This document shows, piece by piece, positions 62,616-64,000 of a DNA stretch of 64,000 nucleotides. Position 1 is the first letter of the stretch, and the number at the start of each line of letters is the position of its first letter. Made by a program: the position numbers and the translations under genes. The notes under the pieces were generated by a model. The model saw only the letters and a program-made list of their open reading frames with translations. It did not search any database and was not told where the DNA came from. Origin of the DNA: Bacilli bacterium (GTDB lineage: Bacteria > Bacillota_I > Bacilli_A > ML615J-28 > CAG-698); contig JBMNLZ010000002.1 in NCBI GenBank assembly GCA_050953065.1, positions 96,001 to 160,000 of the forward strand, read 5' to 3'.

Positions 62616-64000
62616 ATGGAAAAATTAGTCAAATTAACTATTGATGGAAGAAGTGTCGAAGTACCTAGTAATTCTACTGTAATGGAAGCAGCGGATAAAC
62701 TTGGGATTAGTATCCCACGTATCTGTTTCTTAAAAGGAATTAATGAAACATCTGCTTGTAGATTATGTGTAGTAGAAGTTGAAGGTATAAAAGCATTAAA
62801 AAGCTCTTGTACATTACAAGTAGCTGAAGGAATGAAAGTTAAAACTAATACTGAAAGAATTAGAAATGCAGTTAAGTTTAACTTAAAATTATTAGCAGCT
62901 AGTCATAAATTTGAATGTTGGGTTTGCCCTAGAGAACATAATTGTGAACTATTAAGATTGTTAAGAATTTATGGTATTCCTAATGAAATGGGAGAAGATA
63001 ATACTTTCTCTAAAAAGCATATTATTTCAAATATTAATGAAGCAATTGCAATTGATAGTTCTAAGTGCTTACTTTGTGGTAGATGTATTGCTACTTGTGA
63101 TAAGTTAGCTGGAACGGGAATTCTAGATTTTAACTATCGTGGCTTTGAAGCTTTTGTTGGACCAGCCTTAAACCATCCTATGGGAGATACTGGATGTATT
63201 CTTTGTGGGAAATGTATTCAAGCATGTCCAGTTGGAGCTATTAAAGAAAAAGATGATGTTGATAGAGTAATGGAAGTATTAAAAGATCCAGAAGTTTATA
63301 CAATTGCTCAAATCGCTCCAGCCGTAAGAGCAGGAGTTGGTGAGGAGTTTGGTTATCCAATGGGCACTAATGTTGAAGGTAAAATCTATCATGCCTTACA
63401 TAAATTAGGTTTTGATGATATTACAGATACTAACTTTGCGGCTGACTTAACTATTCTAGAAGAAGGAACAGAATTTATTGGTAGAGTTAAAGACTATTTA
63501 GCTGGTAAAAAAGCTGTTCTACCTATGTTTACTTCATGTTCGCCTGGTTGGATTAATTATCTTGAAACTTATTATCCTGAATTTATTCCAAACCTTTCAA
63601 CATGTAAATCGCCTCAACAAATGCAAGGAGCGATAATTAAGAATTACTATGCTAAGAAGATTGGAGTTCCAAAAGAAAAGATTAGAGTAGTTTCAATCAT
63701 GCCATGTATTGCTAAGAAGAAAGAAGCGCTTCGTCCTGAAATGGAAGTAGATGGCGTTAGAGATGTTGATTATGTATTAACATCTAGAGAATTTGCTCGC
63801 TTAGTAAAACGTAATCTAATTGACTTTAATGCTTTAACTGATTTTGTTCCACAAAGTCCACTTGCTAAGTATACTGGTGCTGCAGTAATCTTTGGGGCAA
63901 CTGGTGGAGTAATGGAAGCGGCTTTAAGAACTGTTAAAGAAGTTTTAGAAGAAAAAGATATGGGTAAAGTTGATATCACTGCAGTTCGTGGAATGAAGGA
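62616..64000 (+). CDS. hydA: [FeFe]-hydrogenase catalytic subunit, runs off the window end (absent from the ORF track)
   Basis: MEKLVKLTIDG start after AAGGAGG; CRLCVVE, HKFECWVC, two 4Fe-4S motifs, H-cluster motifs TSCSPGW and MPCIAKKKE. Confidence 0.93.
   Translation, partial: MEKLVKLTIDGRSVEVPSNSTVMEAADKLGISIPRICFLKGINETSACRLCVVEVEGIKALKSSCTLQVAEGMKVKTNTERIRNAVKFNLKLLAASHKFECWVCPREHNCELLRLLRIYGIPNEMGEDNTFSKKHIISNINEAIAIDSSKCLLCGRCIATCDKLAGTGILDFNYRGFEAFVGPALNHPMGDTGCILCGKCIQACPVGAIKEKDDVDRVMEVLKDPEVYTIAQIAPAVRAGVGEEFGYPMGTNVEGKIYHALHKLGFDDITDTNFAADLTILEEGTEFIGRVKDYLAGKKAVLPMFTSCSPGWINYLETYYPEFIPNLSTCKSPQQMQGAIIKNYYAKKIGVPKEKIRVVSIMPCIAKKKEALRPEMEVDGVRDVDYVLTSREFARLVKRNLIDFNALTDFVPQSPLAKYTGAAVIFGATGGVMEAALRTVKEVLEEKDMGKVDITAVRGMK

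Overview
AT-rich bacterial chromosomal window, most consistent with an Acholeplasmatales/Izemoplasmatales-like Mollicute or a close Bacilli relative. This rests on the Mollicute-style 16S 3' end, TGA used as stop, and an 11-tRNA cluster after 5S. The window covers the replication-origin region: dnaA-dnaN with DnaA boxes, an inverted rpmH-rnpA-yidC-jag block and mnmE. It also holds housekeeping genes (ppdK, asnS with an Asn T-box, a very long dnaX, recR, rsmA-ispE-spoVG-truncated glmU-prs), one rRNA operon and 11 tRNAs. Accessory content includes an ABC transporter/thermonuclease/OB-fold lipoprotein operon, a DpnII-like R-M cassette with an HTH-fused methylase and an extra methylase, surface lipoproteins, and the start of a multimeric [FeFe]-hydrogenase operon. 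The best candidate for an undescribed system is at the left edge: an 8-bp-periodic ATGT array, a ribbon-helix-helix protein and ParA directly abutting dnaN, resembling a plasmid type Ib partition module at the chromosomal origin. A second candidate is a convergent pair of surface proteins next to dnaA that share an unrecognised domain of about 260 aa. All calls come from motif recognition by eye; no database searches were run.
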